From positions 29,326,001 through 29,390,000 of the forward strand of contig OZ024745.1 of the NCBI GenBank assembly GCA_964016885.1: a stretch of DNA of 64,000 nucleotides, given 5' to 3'. Shown one piece after another: positions 13,101-27,228 of the stretch. A program made the translations under genes and the position numbers. The DNA is from Eledone cirrhosa. Its lineage: Eukaryota. The notes beneath the pieces are model-generated. The model saw only the letters and a program-made list of their open reading frames with translations. It searched no databases and was not told where the DNA came from. How positions within the stretch are numbered: the first letter of the stretch is position 1; every line of letters starts with the position of its first letter.

Positions 13101-16100
13101 AGTCTTACCTGGGACTTAATGACACTAATGGTATCTTGTTTCAGTCTTACCTGGGATTTGATGACACTAATGGTATATGTTTCATTCTTACCTGGGACTT
13201 GATTACACTAATGGTATCTTGTTTCAGTCTGACCTGGGACTTGATGACACTAATGGTATCTTGTCTTAGTCTTACGTTGGACTTGATGACACTGATGGTA
13301 TCTTGTTTCAGTCTGACCTGTGACTTGATGACACTAATGGTATCTTGTTTCAGTCTTACCTGAGACTTGATGACACTAATGGTATCTTGTTTCAGTCTTA
13401 CCTGGGACTTGATGACAGTGATGGTATCTTGTTTCAGTCTTACCTGGGACTTGATGACACTAATGGTATCTTGTTTCAGTCTTACCTGGAACTTGATGAC
13501 ACTGATGGTATCTTGTTTCAGTCTTACCTGGGACTTGATGACACTAATGGTATCTTGTTTCAGTCTTACCTGGGACTTGATGACACTAATGGTATCTTGT
13601 TTCAGTCTTACATGGGACTTGATGACACTAATGGTATCTTGTTTCAGTCTGACCTGGGACTTGATGACAGTGATGGTATCTTGTTTCAGTCTTACCTGGG
13701 ACTTGATGACACTAATGGTATCTTGTTTCAGTCTTACCTGCAACTTGATGACACTGATGGTATCTTGTTTCAGTCTTACCTGGGACTTGATGATACTAAT
13801 GGTATCTTGTTTCAGTCTTACCTTGGACTTGATGACACTGATGGTATCCTGTTTCAGTCTTACCTGGGACTTGATGACACTAATGGTATCTTGTTTCAGT
13901 CTGACCTGTGACTTGATGACACTAATGGTATCTTGTTTCAGTCTGACCTGTGACTTGATGACACTAATGGTATCTTGTTTCAGTCTGACCTGGGACTTGA
14001 TGACACTAATGGTATCTTGTTTCAGTCTTACCTGTGACTTGATGGCACTAATGGTATCTTGTTTCAGTCTGACCTGGGACTTGATGACAGTGATGGTATC
14101 TTGTTTCAGTCTTACCTGTGACTTGATGGCACTAATGGTATCTTGTTTCAGTCTTACCTGGGACTTGATGACAGTGATGGTATCTTGTTTCAGTCTGACC
14201 TGTGACTTGATGACAGTGATGGTATCTTGTTTCAGTCTGACCTGGGACCTGATGACAGTGATGGTATCTTGTTTCAGTCTGACCTGGGACTTGATGATAC
14301 TGATGGTATCTTGTTTCAGTCTTACCTGGGACTTGATGACACTGATGGTATCTTGTTTCAGTCTTACCTGGGACTTAATGACACTAATGGTATCTTGTTT
14401 CAGTCTTACCTGGGACTTGATGACACTAATGGTATCTTGTTTCAGTCTTACCTGGGACTTGATGACACTAATGGTATCTTGTTTCAGTCTGACCTGGGAC
14501 TTGATAACACTAATGGTATCTTGTTTCAGTCTTACCTGGGACTTGATGACACTAATGGTATATGTTTCATTCTTACCTGGGACTTGATTACACTAATGGT
14601 ATCTTGTTTCAGTCTGACCTGGGACTTCATGACACTAATGGTATCTTGTTTCAGTCTGACCTGGGACTTGATGACACTGATCGTATCTTGTTTCAGTCTG
14701 ACCTGGGACTTGATGACGCTGATGGTATCTTGTTTCAGTCTTAGCTGGGACTTGATGACGCTAATGGTATCTTGTTTCAGTCTTACCTGGGACTTGATGT
14801 CACTAATGGTATCTTGTTTCAGTCTTACCTGGGACTTGATGACGCTAATGGTATCTTATTTCAGTTATACCTGGGACTTGATGACACTGATGGTATGTTG
14901 TTTCAGTCTTACCTGGGACTTGATGACACTAATGGTATCTTGTCTCAGTCTTACGTTGGACTTAATGACACTGATGGTATCTTGTTTCAGTCTGACCTGG
15001 GACTTGATGACACTAATGGTATCTTGTTTCAGTCTGACCTGTGACTTGATGACACTAATGGTATCTTGTTTCAGTCTTACCTGGGACTTGATGACACTAA
15101 TGGTATCTTGTTTCCGTCTGACCTGTGACTTGATGACACTGATGGTATCTTGTTTCAGTCTGACCTGGGACTTGATGACACTAATGGTATCTTGTTTCAG
15201 TCTTACCTGGGACTTGATGACACTGATGGTATCTTGTTTCAGTCTTACCTGGGACTTGATGACACTAATGGTATCTTGTTTGTCTGACCTGGGACTTGAT
15301 GACACTAATGGTATCTTGTTTCAGTCTTACCTGAGACTTGATGACACTAATGGTATCTTGTTTCAGTCTTACCTGGGACTTGATGACAGTGATGGTATCT
15401 TGTTTCAGTCTGACCTGGGACTTGATGACACTAATGGTATCTTGTTTCAGTCTTACCTGGAACTTGATGACACTGATGGTATCTTGTTTCTGTCTTACCT
15501 GGGACTTGATGACACTAATGGTATCTTGTTTCAGTCTGACCTGGGACTTGATGACACTAATGGTATCTTGTTTCAGTCTGACCTGTGACTTGATGACACT
15601 GATGGTATCTTGTTTTAGTCTTACCTGGGACTTGATGACAGTGATGGTATCTTGTTTCAGTCTGACCTGTGCCTTGATGACAGTGATGGTATCTTGTTTC
15701 AGTCTGACCTGGGACTTGATGACAGTGATGGTATCTTGTTTCAGTCTGACCTGGGACTTGATAACACTGATGGTATCTTGTTTCAGTCTGACCTGGGACT
15801 TGATGACAGTGATGGTATCTTTTTTCAGTCTTACCTAGGACTTGATGACACTAATGGTATCTTGTTTCAGTCTTACCTGGGACTTGATTACACTAATGGT
15901 ATCTTGTTTCAGTCTGACCTGGGACTTCATGAAACTAATGGTATCTTGTTTCAGTCTGACCTGGGACTTGATGACACTAATGGTATCTTGTTTCAGTCTG
16001 ACCTGTGACTTGATGACACTGATGGTATCTTGTTTCAGTCTGACCTGGGTCTTGAAGACAGCGATGGTACCTTGTTTCAGTTTTACCTGGCACTTGATGA

Positions 16101-19100
16101 CACTAATGGTATCTTGTTTCAGTCTTACCTGGGACTTGATGACACTGATGGTATCTTGTTTCAGTCTTACCTGGGACTTGATGACACTAATGGTATCTTG
16201 TTTCAGTCTTACCTGGGACTTGATGACACTAATGGTATCTTGTTTCAGTCTTACCTAGACTTGATGACACTAATGGTATCTTGTTTCAGTCTTACCTGGG
16301 ACTTGATGACACTGATGGTATCTTGTTTCAGTCTTACCTGGGACTTGATGACACTAATGGTATCTTGTTTCAGTCTGACCTGGGACTTGATGACACTAAT
16401 GGTATCTTGTTTCAGTCTTATCTGGGACTTGATGACACTAATGGTATCTTGTTTCAGTCTTACCTGGGACTTGATGACACTAATGGTATCTTGTTTCAGT
16501 CTTACCTGGGACTTGATGACACTGATGGTATCTTGTTTCAGTCTTACCTGGGACTTGATGACACTAATGGTATCTTGTTTCAGTCTGACCTGGGACTTGA
16601 TGACAGTGATGGTATCTTGTTTCAGTCTTACCTGGGACTTGATGACACTAATGGTATCTTGTTTCAGTCTTATCTGGGACTTGATTACACTAATGGTAAC
16701 TTGTTTCAGTCTGACCTGGGACTTCACGAAACTAATGGTATCTTGTTTCAGTCTGACCTGGTACTTGATGACACTAATGGTATCTTGTTTCAGTCTTACC
16801 TGGGACTTGATGACACTAATGGTATATGTTTCATTCTTACCTGGGACTTGATTACACTAATGGTATCTTGTTTCAGTCTGACCTGGGACTTCATGACACT
16901 AATGGTATCTTGTTTCAGTCTGACCTGGGACTTGATGACACTGATCGTATCTTGTTTCAGTCTGACCTGGGACTTGATGACGCTGATGGTATCTTGTTTC
17001 AGTCTTACCTGGGACTTGATGACGCTAATGGTATCTTATTTCAGTTATACCTGGGACTTGATGACACTGATGGTATGTTGTTTCAGTCTTACCTGGGACT
17101 TGATGACACTAATGGTATCTTGTCTCAGTCTTACGTTGGACTTAATGACACTGATGGTATCTTGTTTCAGTCTGACCTGGGACTTGATGACACTAATGGT
17201 ATCTTGTTTCAGTCTGACCTGTGACTTGATGACACTAATGGTATCTTGTTTCAGTCTTACCTGGGACTTGATGACACTAATGGTATCTTGTTTCCGTCTG
17301 ACCTGTGACTTGATGACACTGATGGTATCTTGTTTCAGTCTGACCTGGGACTTGATGACACTAATGGTATCTTGTTTCAGTCTTACCTGGGACTTGATGA
17401 CACTAATGGTATCTTGTTTGTCTGACCTGGGACTTGATGACACTAATGGTATCTTGTTTCAGTCTTACCTGAGACTTGATGACACTAATGGTATCTTGTT
17501 TCAGTCTTACCTGGGACTTGATGACAGTGATGGTATCTTGTTTCAGTCTGACCTGGGACTTGATGACACTAATGGTATCTTGTTTCAGTCTAACCTGGAA
17601 CTTGATGACACTGATGGTATCTTGTTTCTGTCTTACCTGGGACTTGATGACACTAATGGTATCTTTTTTCAGTCTGACCTGGGACTTGATGACACTAATG
17701 GTATCTTGTTTCAGTCTGACCTGTGACTTGATGACACTAATGGTATCTTGTTTCAGTCTTACCTGGGACTTGATGACAGTGATGGTATCTTGTTTCAGTC
17801 TGACCTGTGACTTGATGACAGTGATGGTATCTTGTTTCAGTCTGACCTGGGACTTGATGACAGTGATGGTATCTTGTTTCAGTCTGACCTGGGACTTGAT
17901 AACACTGATGGTATCTTGTTTCAGTCTTACCTGGGACTTGATGACACTAATGGTATCTTGTTTCAGTCTTACCTGGGACTTGATGACACTAATGGTATCT
18001 TGTTTCAGTCTTACCTGGGACTTGATGACACTAATGGTGTCTTGTTTCAGTCTTACCTGGGACTTGATGACACTGATGGTATCTTGTTTCAGTCTTACCT
18101 GGGACTTGATGACACTAATGGTATCTTGTTTCAGTCTTACCTGGGACTTGATGACACTAATGGTATCTTGTTTCAGTCTTACCTGGGACTTGATGACACT
18201 AATGGTATCTTGTTTCAGTCTTACCTGGGACTTGATGACACTGATGGTATCTTGTTTCAGTCTGACCTGGGACTTGATGACACTAATGGTATCTTGTTTC
18301 AGTCTTACCTGGGACTTGATGACACTAATGGTATTTTGTTTCAGTCTTACCTGGGACTTGATGACACTAATGGTATCTTGTTTCAGTCTGACCTGGGACT
18401 TGATGACACTAATGGTATCTTGTTTCAGTCTTACCTGGGACTTGATGACACTAATGGTATCTTGTTTCAGTCTTACCTGGGACTTGATGACACTAATGGT
18501 ATCTTGTTTCAGTCTTACCTGGGACTTGATGACACTAATGGTATCTTGTTTCAGTCTTACCTGGGACTTGATGACACTAATGGTATCTTGTTTCAGTCTT
18601 ACCTGGGACTTGATGACACTAATGGTATCTTGTTTCAGTCTTACCTGGGACTTGATGACACTAATGGTATCTTGTTTCAGTCTTACCTGGGACTTGATGA
18701 CACTAATGGTATCTTGTTTCAGTCTTACCTGGGACTTGATGACGCTAATGGTATCTTGTTTCAGTCTTATCTGGGACTTGGTTACACTAATGGTATCTTG
18801 TTTCAGTCTTACCTGGGACTTGATGACACTGATGGTTTCTTGTTTCAGTCTGACCTGGGACTTGATGACAGTGATGGTATCTTGTTTCAGTCTTACCTGG
18901 TACTTCATGACACTAATGGTATCTTGTTTCAGTCTGACCTGGGACTTGATGACACTAATGGTATCTTGTTTCAGTCTTACCTGGGACTTGATTACACTAA
19001 TGGTATCTTGTTTCAGTCTTACCTGGGACTTGATGACACTAATGGTATCTTGTTTCAGTCTTACCTGGGACTTGATGACACTGATGGTATTTTGTTTCAG

Positions 19101-22100
19101 TCTTACCTGGAACTTGATGACAGTGATGGTATCTTGTTTCAGTCTTACCTGGTACTTCATGACACTAATGGTATCTTGTTTCAGTCTGACCTGGGACTTG
19201 ATGACACTAATGGTATCTTGTTTCAGTCTTACCTGGGACTTGATGACACTAATGGTATCTTGTTTCAGTCTGACCTGGGACTTGATGACACTAATGGTAT
19301 CTTGTTTCAGTCTGACCTGGGACTTGATGACAATAATGGTATCTTGTTTCAGTCTGACCTGTGACTTGATGACACTGATGGTATTTTGTTTCAGTCTTAC
19401 CTGGGACTTGATGATACTGATGGTATCTTGGTCAGTCTTACCTGGGACTTGATGACACTAATGGTATCTTGTTTCAGTCTTACCTCGGACTTGATGACAC
19501 TAATGGTATCTTGCTTCAGGCTGACCTGGGACTTGATTACACTGATGGTATCTTGTTTCAGTCTTACCTGGGACTTGATGACACTAATGGTATCTTGTTT
19601 CAGTCTTACCTGGGACTTGATGACACTAATGGTATCTTGTTTGTCTGACCTGGGACTTGATGACACTAATGGTATCTTGTTTCAGTCTGACCTGGGACTT
19701 GATTACACTGGTGGTATCTTGTGTCAGTATTACCTGGGACTTGATGACACTAATGGTATCTTGTTTCAATCTGACCTGGGACTTGATGACACTAATGGTA
19801 TCTTGTTTCAGTCTTACCTGGGACTTGATGACACTGATGGTATCTTGTTTCAGTCTGACCTGGGACTTGATGACACTGATGGTATCTTGTTTCAGTCTGA
19901 CCTGGGACTTGATGACAGTGATGGTATCTTGTTTCAGTCTGACCTGGGACTTGATGACACTGATGGTATTTTGTTTCAGTCTTACTTGGGACTTGATGAC
20001 GCTAACGGTATCTTGTTTCAGTCTTACCTGGGACTTGATGACACTAATGGTATCTTGTTTCAGTCTGACCTGGGACTTGATGACACTGATGGTATTTTGT
20101 TTCACTCTGACCTTGGACTTGATGACACTAATGGTATTTTGTTTCATTCTGACCTGGGACTTGATGACACTAATGGTATCTTGTTTGTATGACCTGGGAC
20201 TTGATGACACTAATGGTATCTTGTTTCAGTCTGACCTGGGACTTGATGACACTAATGGTATCTTGTTTCAGTCTTACCTCGGACTTGATGACACTAATGG
20301 TATCTTGTTTCAGTCTTACCTGGGACTTGATGACACTAATGGTATCTTGTTTCAGTCTTACCTCGGACTTGATGACACTAATGGTATCTTGTTTCAGTCT
20401 GACCTGGGACTTGATGACACTAATGGTATCTTGTTTCAGTCTTACCTGGGACTTGATGACAGTGATGGTATCTTGTTTCAGTCTGACCTGGGACTTGATG
20501 ACACTAATGGTATCTTGTTTCAGTCTGACCTGGGACTTGATTACACTGATGGTATCTTGTTTCAGTCTTACCTGGGACTTGATGACAGTGATGGTATCTT
20601 GTTTCAGTCTGACCTGGGACTTGATGACAGTGATGGTATCTTGTTTCAGTCTGACCTGGGACTTGATGACACTAATGGTATCTTGTTTCAGTCTTACCTC
20701 GGACTTGATGACACTAATGGTATCTTGTTTCAGTCTTACCTGGGACTTGATGACACTAATGGTATCTTGTTTCAGTCTTACCTCGGACTTGATGACACTA
20801 ATGGTATCTTGTTTCAGTCTGACCTGGGACTTGATGACACTAATGGTATCTTGTTTCAGTCTTACCTGGGACTTGATGACAGTGATGGTATCTTGTTTCA
20901 GTCTGACCTGGGACTTGATGACACTAATGGTATCTTGTTTCAGTCTGACCTGGGACTTGATTACACTGATGGTATCTTGTTTCAGTCTTACCTGGGACTT
21001 GATGACAGTGATGGTATCTTGTTTCAGTCTGACCTGGGACTTGATGACAGTGATGGTATCTTGTTTCAGTCTGACCTGGGACTTGATGACACTAATGGTA
21101 TCTTGTTTCAGTCTTACCTCGGACTTGATGACACTAATGGTATCTTGTTTCAGTCTGACCTGGGACTTGATTACACTGATGGTATCTTGTTTCAGTCTTA
21201 CCTGGGACTTGATGACAGTGATGGTATCTTGTTTCAGTCTGACCTGGGACTTGATGACACTAATGGTATCTTGTTTCAGTCTGACCTGTGACTTGATGAC
21301 ACTAATGGTATCTTGTTTCAGTCTGACCTGTGACTTGATGACACTAATGGTATCTTGTTTCAGTCTGACCTGTGACTTGATGACACTAATGGTATCTTGT
21401 TTCAGTCTGACCTGGGACTTGATTACACTGATGGTATCTTGTTTCAGTCTTACCTGGGACTTGATGACAGTGATGGTATCTTGTTTCAGTCTGACCTGGG
21501 ACTTGATGACACTGATGGTATCTTGTTTCAGTCTGACCTGGGACTTGATGACACTAATGGTATCTTGTTTCAGTCTTACCTCGGACTTGATGACACTAGT
21601 GGTATCTTGTTTCAGTCTTACCTGGGACTTGATGACAGTGATGGTATCTTGTTTCAGTCTGACCTGGGACTTGATGACACTAATGGTATCTTGTTTCAGT
21701 CTGACCTGGGACTTGATGACAGTGATGGTATCTTGTTTCAGTCTGACCTGTGACTTGATGACACTAATGGTATCTTGTTTCAGTCTGACCTGGGACTTGA
21801 TTACACTGATGGTATCTTGTTTCAGTCTTACCTGGGACTTGATGACAGTGATGGTATCTTGTTTCAGTCTGACCTGGGACTTGATGACACTAATGGTATC
21901 TTGTTTCAGTCTTACCTGGGACTTGATGACACTAATTGTATCTTGTTAGTCTGACCTGGGACTTGATGACACTAATGGTATCTTGTTTCAGTCTGACCTG
22001 GGACTTGATTACACTGGTGGTATCTTGTTTCAGTCTTACCTGGGACTTGATGACACTAATGGTATCTTGTTTCAGTCTTACCTGGGACTTGATGACACTA

Positions 22101-25100
22101 ATGGTATCTTGTTTCAGTCTGACCTGGGACTTGATGACAGTGATGGTATCTTGTTTCAGTCTGACCTGGGACTTGATGACACTAATGGTATCTTGTTTCA
22201 GTCTGACCTGGGACTTGATGACACTAATGGTATCTTGTTTCAGTCTTACCTGGGACTTGATGACACTAATGGTATCTTGTTTCAGTCTTACCTGGGACTT
22301 GATGACACTAATGCTATCTTGTTTCAGTCTTACCTGGGACTTGATGACACTGATGGTGTCTTGTTTCAGTCTGACCTGGGACTTGATGTCCGTGATGGTA
22401 TCTTGTTTCAGTCTGACCTGGGACTTGATGACACTGATGGTATCTTGTTTCAGTCTGACCTGGGACTTGATGACACTAATGGTATTTTGTTTCAGTCTTA
22501 CCTGGGACTTGATGACAGTGATGGTATCTTGTTTCAGTCTTACCTGGGACTTGATGACACTGATGGTATCTTGTTTCAGTCTTACCTGGTGCTTCATGAC
22601 ATTAATGGTATCTTGTTTCAATCTGTCCTGGGACTTGATGACAGTGATGGTATTTTGTTTCAGTCTTACCTGGGACTTGATGACACTAATGGTATCTTGT
22701 TTCAGTCTTACCTGGGACTTGATGTCAGTGATGGTATCTTGTTTCTATCTTACCTGGGACTTGATGTCGCTAATGGTATCTTGTTTCAGTCTTACCTGGG
22801 ACTTGATGACACTGATGGTATTTTGTTTCAGTCTTACCTGGGACTTGATGACGCTAATGGTATCTTGTTTCAATCTTACCTGGGACTTGATGACAGTGAT
22901 GGTATCTTGTTTCAGTGTGACCTGGGACTTGATGACACTAATGGTATTTTGTTTCAGTCTTACCTGGGACTTGATGACAGTGATGGTATCTTGTTTCAGT
23001 CTTACCTGGGACTTGATGACACTGATGGTATCTTGTTTGTCTGACCTGGGACTTGATGACAGTAATGGTATCTTGTTTGTCTGACCTGGGACTTGATGAC
23101 ACTAATGGTATCTTGTTTCAGTCTGACCTGGGACTTGATGACACTAATGGTATCTTGTTTCAGTCTTACCTGGGACTTGATGACACTGATGGTATTTTGT
23201 TACAGTCTTACCTGGGACTTGATGACACTGATGGTATTTTGTTTCAGTCTTACCTGTGACTTGATGACCCTAATGGTATCTTGTTTCAGTCTTACCTGGG
23301 ACTTGATGACACTAATGGTATCTTGTTTCAGTCTTACCTGGGACTAGATGACACTGATGGTATCTTGTTTCACTCTGACCTGGGACTTGATGACACTGAT
23401 GGTATTTTGTTACAGTCTTACCTGGGACTTGATGACACTGATGGTATTTTGTTTCAGTCTGACCTGGGACTTGATGACAGTAATGGTATCTTGTGTCAGT
23501 CTTACCTGGGACTTGATGACACTAATGGTATCTTGTTTCAGTCTTGCCTGGGACTTGATGACACTAATGGTATCTTGTTTCAGTCTTACCAGGGACTTGA
23601 TGACACTGATGGTATCTTGTTTCAGTCTGACCTGGGACTTGATGACAGTGATGGTATCTTGTTTCAGTCTGACCTGGGACTTGATGACAGTGATGGTATC
23701 TAGTTTCAGTCTGACCTGGGACTTGATGACGCTAATGGTATCTTGTTTCAGTCCTACCTCGGACTTGATGACACTGATGGTATCTTGTTTCAGTCTGACC
23801 TGGGACTTGATGACACTAATGGTATTTTGTTTCAGTCTTACCTGGGACTTGATGACAATGATGGTATCTTGTTTCAGTCTTACCTGGGACTTGATGACAC
23901 TGATGGTATCTTGTTTCAGTCTTACCTGGGACTTGATGACATTAATGGTATCTTGTTTCAGTCTGACCTGGGACTAGATGACACTGATGGTATCTTGTTT
24001 GTCTGACCTGGGACTTGATGACAGTAATGGTATCTTGTTTGTCTGACCTGGGACTTGATGACACTAATGGTATCTTGTTTCAGTCTTACCTGGGACTTGA
24101 TGACACTAATGGTATCTTGTTTCAGTCTTACCTGGGACTTGATGTCACTAATGGTATCTTGTTTCTATCTTACCTGGGACTTGATGTCACTAATGGTATC
24201 TTGTTTCAGTCTGACCTGGGACTTGATGACACTAATGGTATCTTGTTTCAGTCTTACCTGGGACTTGATGACACTAATGGTATCTTGTTTCAGTCTGACC
24301 TGGGACTTGATGACAGTGATGGTATCTAGTTTCAGTCTGACCTGGGACTTGATGACGCTAATGGTATCTTGTTTCAGTCCTACCTCGGACTTGATGACAC
24401 TGATAGTATCTTGTTTCAGTCTGACCTGGGACTTGATGACACTGATGGTATCTTGTTTCAGTTTGACCTGGGACTTGATGACAGTGATGGTATCTTGTTT
24501 CAGTCTGACCTGGGACTTGATGACGCTAATGGTATCTTCTTTCAATCTTACCTGGGACTTGATGACACTAATGGTATCTTGTTTCTATCTTACCTGGGAC
24601 TTGATGACACTAATGGTATCTTGTTTCTATCTTACCTGGGACTTGATGACACTAATCGTATCTTGTTTCAGTCTGACCTGGGACTAGATGACACTGATGG
24701 TATCTTGTTTGTCTGACCTGGGACTTGATGACAGTAATGGTATCTTGTTTGTCTGACCTGGGACTTGATGACACTAATGGTATCTTGTTTCAGTCTGACC
24801 TGGGACTTGATGACACTAATGGTATTTTGTTTCAGTCTTACCTGGGACTTGATGTCAGTGATGGTATCTTGTTTCTATCTTACCTGGAACTTGATGTCAC
24901 TAATGGTATCTTGTTTCAGTCTGACCTGGGACTTGATGACACTGATGGTATTTTGTTTCAGTCTTACCTGGGACTTGATGACGCTAATGGTATCTTGTTT
25001 CAATCTTACCTGGGACTTGATGACAGTGATGGTATCTTGTTTCAGTCATACCTGGGACTTGATGACACTAATGGTATCTTGTTTCAGTCTTACCTGGGAC

Positions 25101-25570
25101 TTGATGACAGTAATGGTATCTTGTTTCAGTCTTACCTAGGACTTGATGACACTAATGGTATCTTGTTTCAGTCTGACCTGGGACTAGATGTCAGTGATGG
25201 TATCTTGTTTTTATCTTACCTGGGACTTGATGACACTAATGGTATCTTGTTTCAGTCTGACCTGGGACTTGATGACAGTGATGGTATCTTGTTTCAGTCT
25301 GACCTGGGACTTGATGTCAGTGATGGTATCTTGTTTCTATCTTACCTGGGACTTGATGTCACTAATGGTATCTTGTTTCTATCTTACCTGGGACTTGATG
25401 TCACTAATGGTATCTTGTTTCAGTCTTACCTGGGACTTGATGACACTGATGGTATCTTGTTTGTCTGACCTGGGACTTGATGACACTAATGGTATCTTGT
25501 TTAAGTCTGACCTGGGACTTGATGATACTAGTGGTATCTTGTTTCAGTCTTACCTGGGACTTGATGACAA
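7175..25570. repeat. 42-bp satellite array, ~18.4 kb (~440 units): ATGGTATCTTGTTTCAGTCTKACCTGGGACTTGATGACACTR
   Basis: Continuous 42-bp periodicity with occasional 40/41-bp units. Source of the LFQSYLGLDDTNGI, MVSCFSLTWDLMTL and KQDTISVIKSQVRL pseudo-ORFs. Confidence 0.98.
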
Positions 25571-25606
25571 TTTGTATAATCAGTCTCCTGCTTGAATCTG
25601 GGACTT

Positions 25607-26125
25607 GAACCAATCAAAATGTGGTATATTACTCTAACTAATGAAAATGTAGTGTATCAATCTAATCAATTGTAATGTGGAATATTAATTTAACCTATCA
25701 CAATGCAATGTATGGCAGTTTAACTCACTACAATGTAGTGTCTAACTGTTATACCAATCACAATGTAATGTATAGGAATTCAACCAATTAAAAATGTAGT
25801 GTACAGTAATTTAACCAATCACAGCGTAGTGTATAACAGTTTAACCAACCACAGTGTAGTGTACAGTAATTTAACCAATCTCAGTGTAGTGTATAACAAT
25901 TTAACCAATCACAGTGTAGTGTACAGCTATTTGACCTATCACAGTGTAGCATACAAGTTTAACCAACCACAGCGTAGTGTATAACAGTTTAACCAATCAC
26001 AGTACAGTGTATAGCTATTTAACCAATCACAGTGTAGTGTATAGTTATTTAACCAATCACAGTGTAGTATATAAGGTTAACCAATGACAATGTAGTGTAT
26101 TTCAGTTTAACCAATCACAGTACAT
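25607..26125. repeat. 30-bp minisatellite (TTAACCAATCACAGTGTAGTGTATARYART), ~17 units, degenerate at the left
   Basis: 30-bp periodicity is clear at 25801-26120. Confidence 0.9.
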
Positions 26126-26302
26126 TGTTTCAGTATGAGGGTGAGGTGCTTAAAAATGTGGGGTATTATATTCTTGAGAAAAAATATAATTTTGAAATAA
26201 AAATATAAAGCCTACAAAGACATTGATTACTTAATTATACCTGTGATAATTGCATCTATGTTAATTACAGGTGACTCAATTACTTTTCTATCATTTTTAC
26301 AG

Positions 26303-26359
26303 CTAATCAAGTTAATGGGAAATATTTAGACCGCGTCAACAGTCAGGAATACGATAAAG
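26303..26359 (+). CDS. NPDC1: Putative internal exon (57 nt, phase 1-1) of the NPDC1-like gene: xNQVNGKYLDRVNSQEYDK
   Basis: Acceptor TTTTCTATCATTTTTACAG and donor AAAG|GTGAGT. Open in phase 1 and joins in frame to the exon at 30334. Confidence 0.7.
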
Positions 26360-26367
26360 GTGAGTAG

Positions 26368-26789
26368 ATGGTTTTTGTTGTTGGGGTGGTGGTGGTTGTG
26401 GTAGTGGTGGTTGTAGTTGTGATGGTGGTTGTAGTTGTGGTGGTGGCTGAAATTATGGTGGTGATTGTGGTTGCAGTTATAGTGGTGGTTGTCGTGGTGG
26501 TTGTAGTTGTAATGGTGGTTGTAGTTGGTGTGGTGGTTGTAGTTGTAATGGTAGTTGTAGTTGGTGTGATGGTGGTGGTGATGGTGGTTGTAGTTGTGGC
26601 GGTGGTTGTAGTTGTGGTGGTGGTGGTTGTAGTTGTGATGGTGGTTGTAGTTGGTGTAGTTGTGGTGGTGATGGTTGTAGTTGTAGTGGTGGTGGTTGTG
26701 GTTGTGGTGGTGGTAGTTGTAGTTGTGATGGTGGTTGTAGTTGTAGTTGAGGTTGTTGTTGTTGCTACTGTTGTTGTTGCTACTGTTGT

Positions 26790-26820
<31 letters not shown>

Positions 26821-27164
26821 ACTGTTGTTGTTGTTGCTACTGTTGTTGTTGTTGCTACTGTTGTTGTTACTGCTGTTGTTGTTGCTGCTACTGTTGTTGT
26901 TGTTGCTGTTGTTGTTGCTACTGTTGTTGTTGTTGCTACTGTTGTTGTTGTTGCTATTGTTGTTGTTGTTGCTGTTGTTGTTGTTGCTATTGTTGTTGTT
27001 GTTGCTACTGTTGTTGTTGTTGCTACTGTTGTTGTTGTTGCTACTGTTGTTGTTGCTACTGTTGTTGTTGTTGTTGCTACTGTTGTTGTTGTTGCTACTG
27101 TTGTTGTTGCTACTGTTGCTGTTGTTGTTGTTGCTACTGTTGCTACTGTTGTTGTTGTTGCTAC

Positions 27165-27228
<64 letters not shown>

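Noticed and set aside
7175-25570. CRISPR-like array
   Set aside because: The units are head-to-tail with no unique spacers, there are no cas genes, and the context is eukaryotic.
7175-25613. Long ORFs (up to 658 aa) of LFQSYLGLDDTNGI, MVSCFSLTWDLMTL and KQDTISVIKSQVRL repeats as a repeat protein
   Set aside because: They result from a 42-bp unit that is open in several frames. Frequent 1-2-nt indels and TGA variants switch or break frames, with no sign of selection on any one frame.
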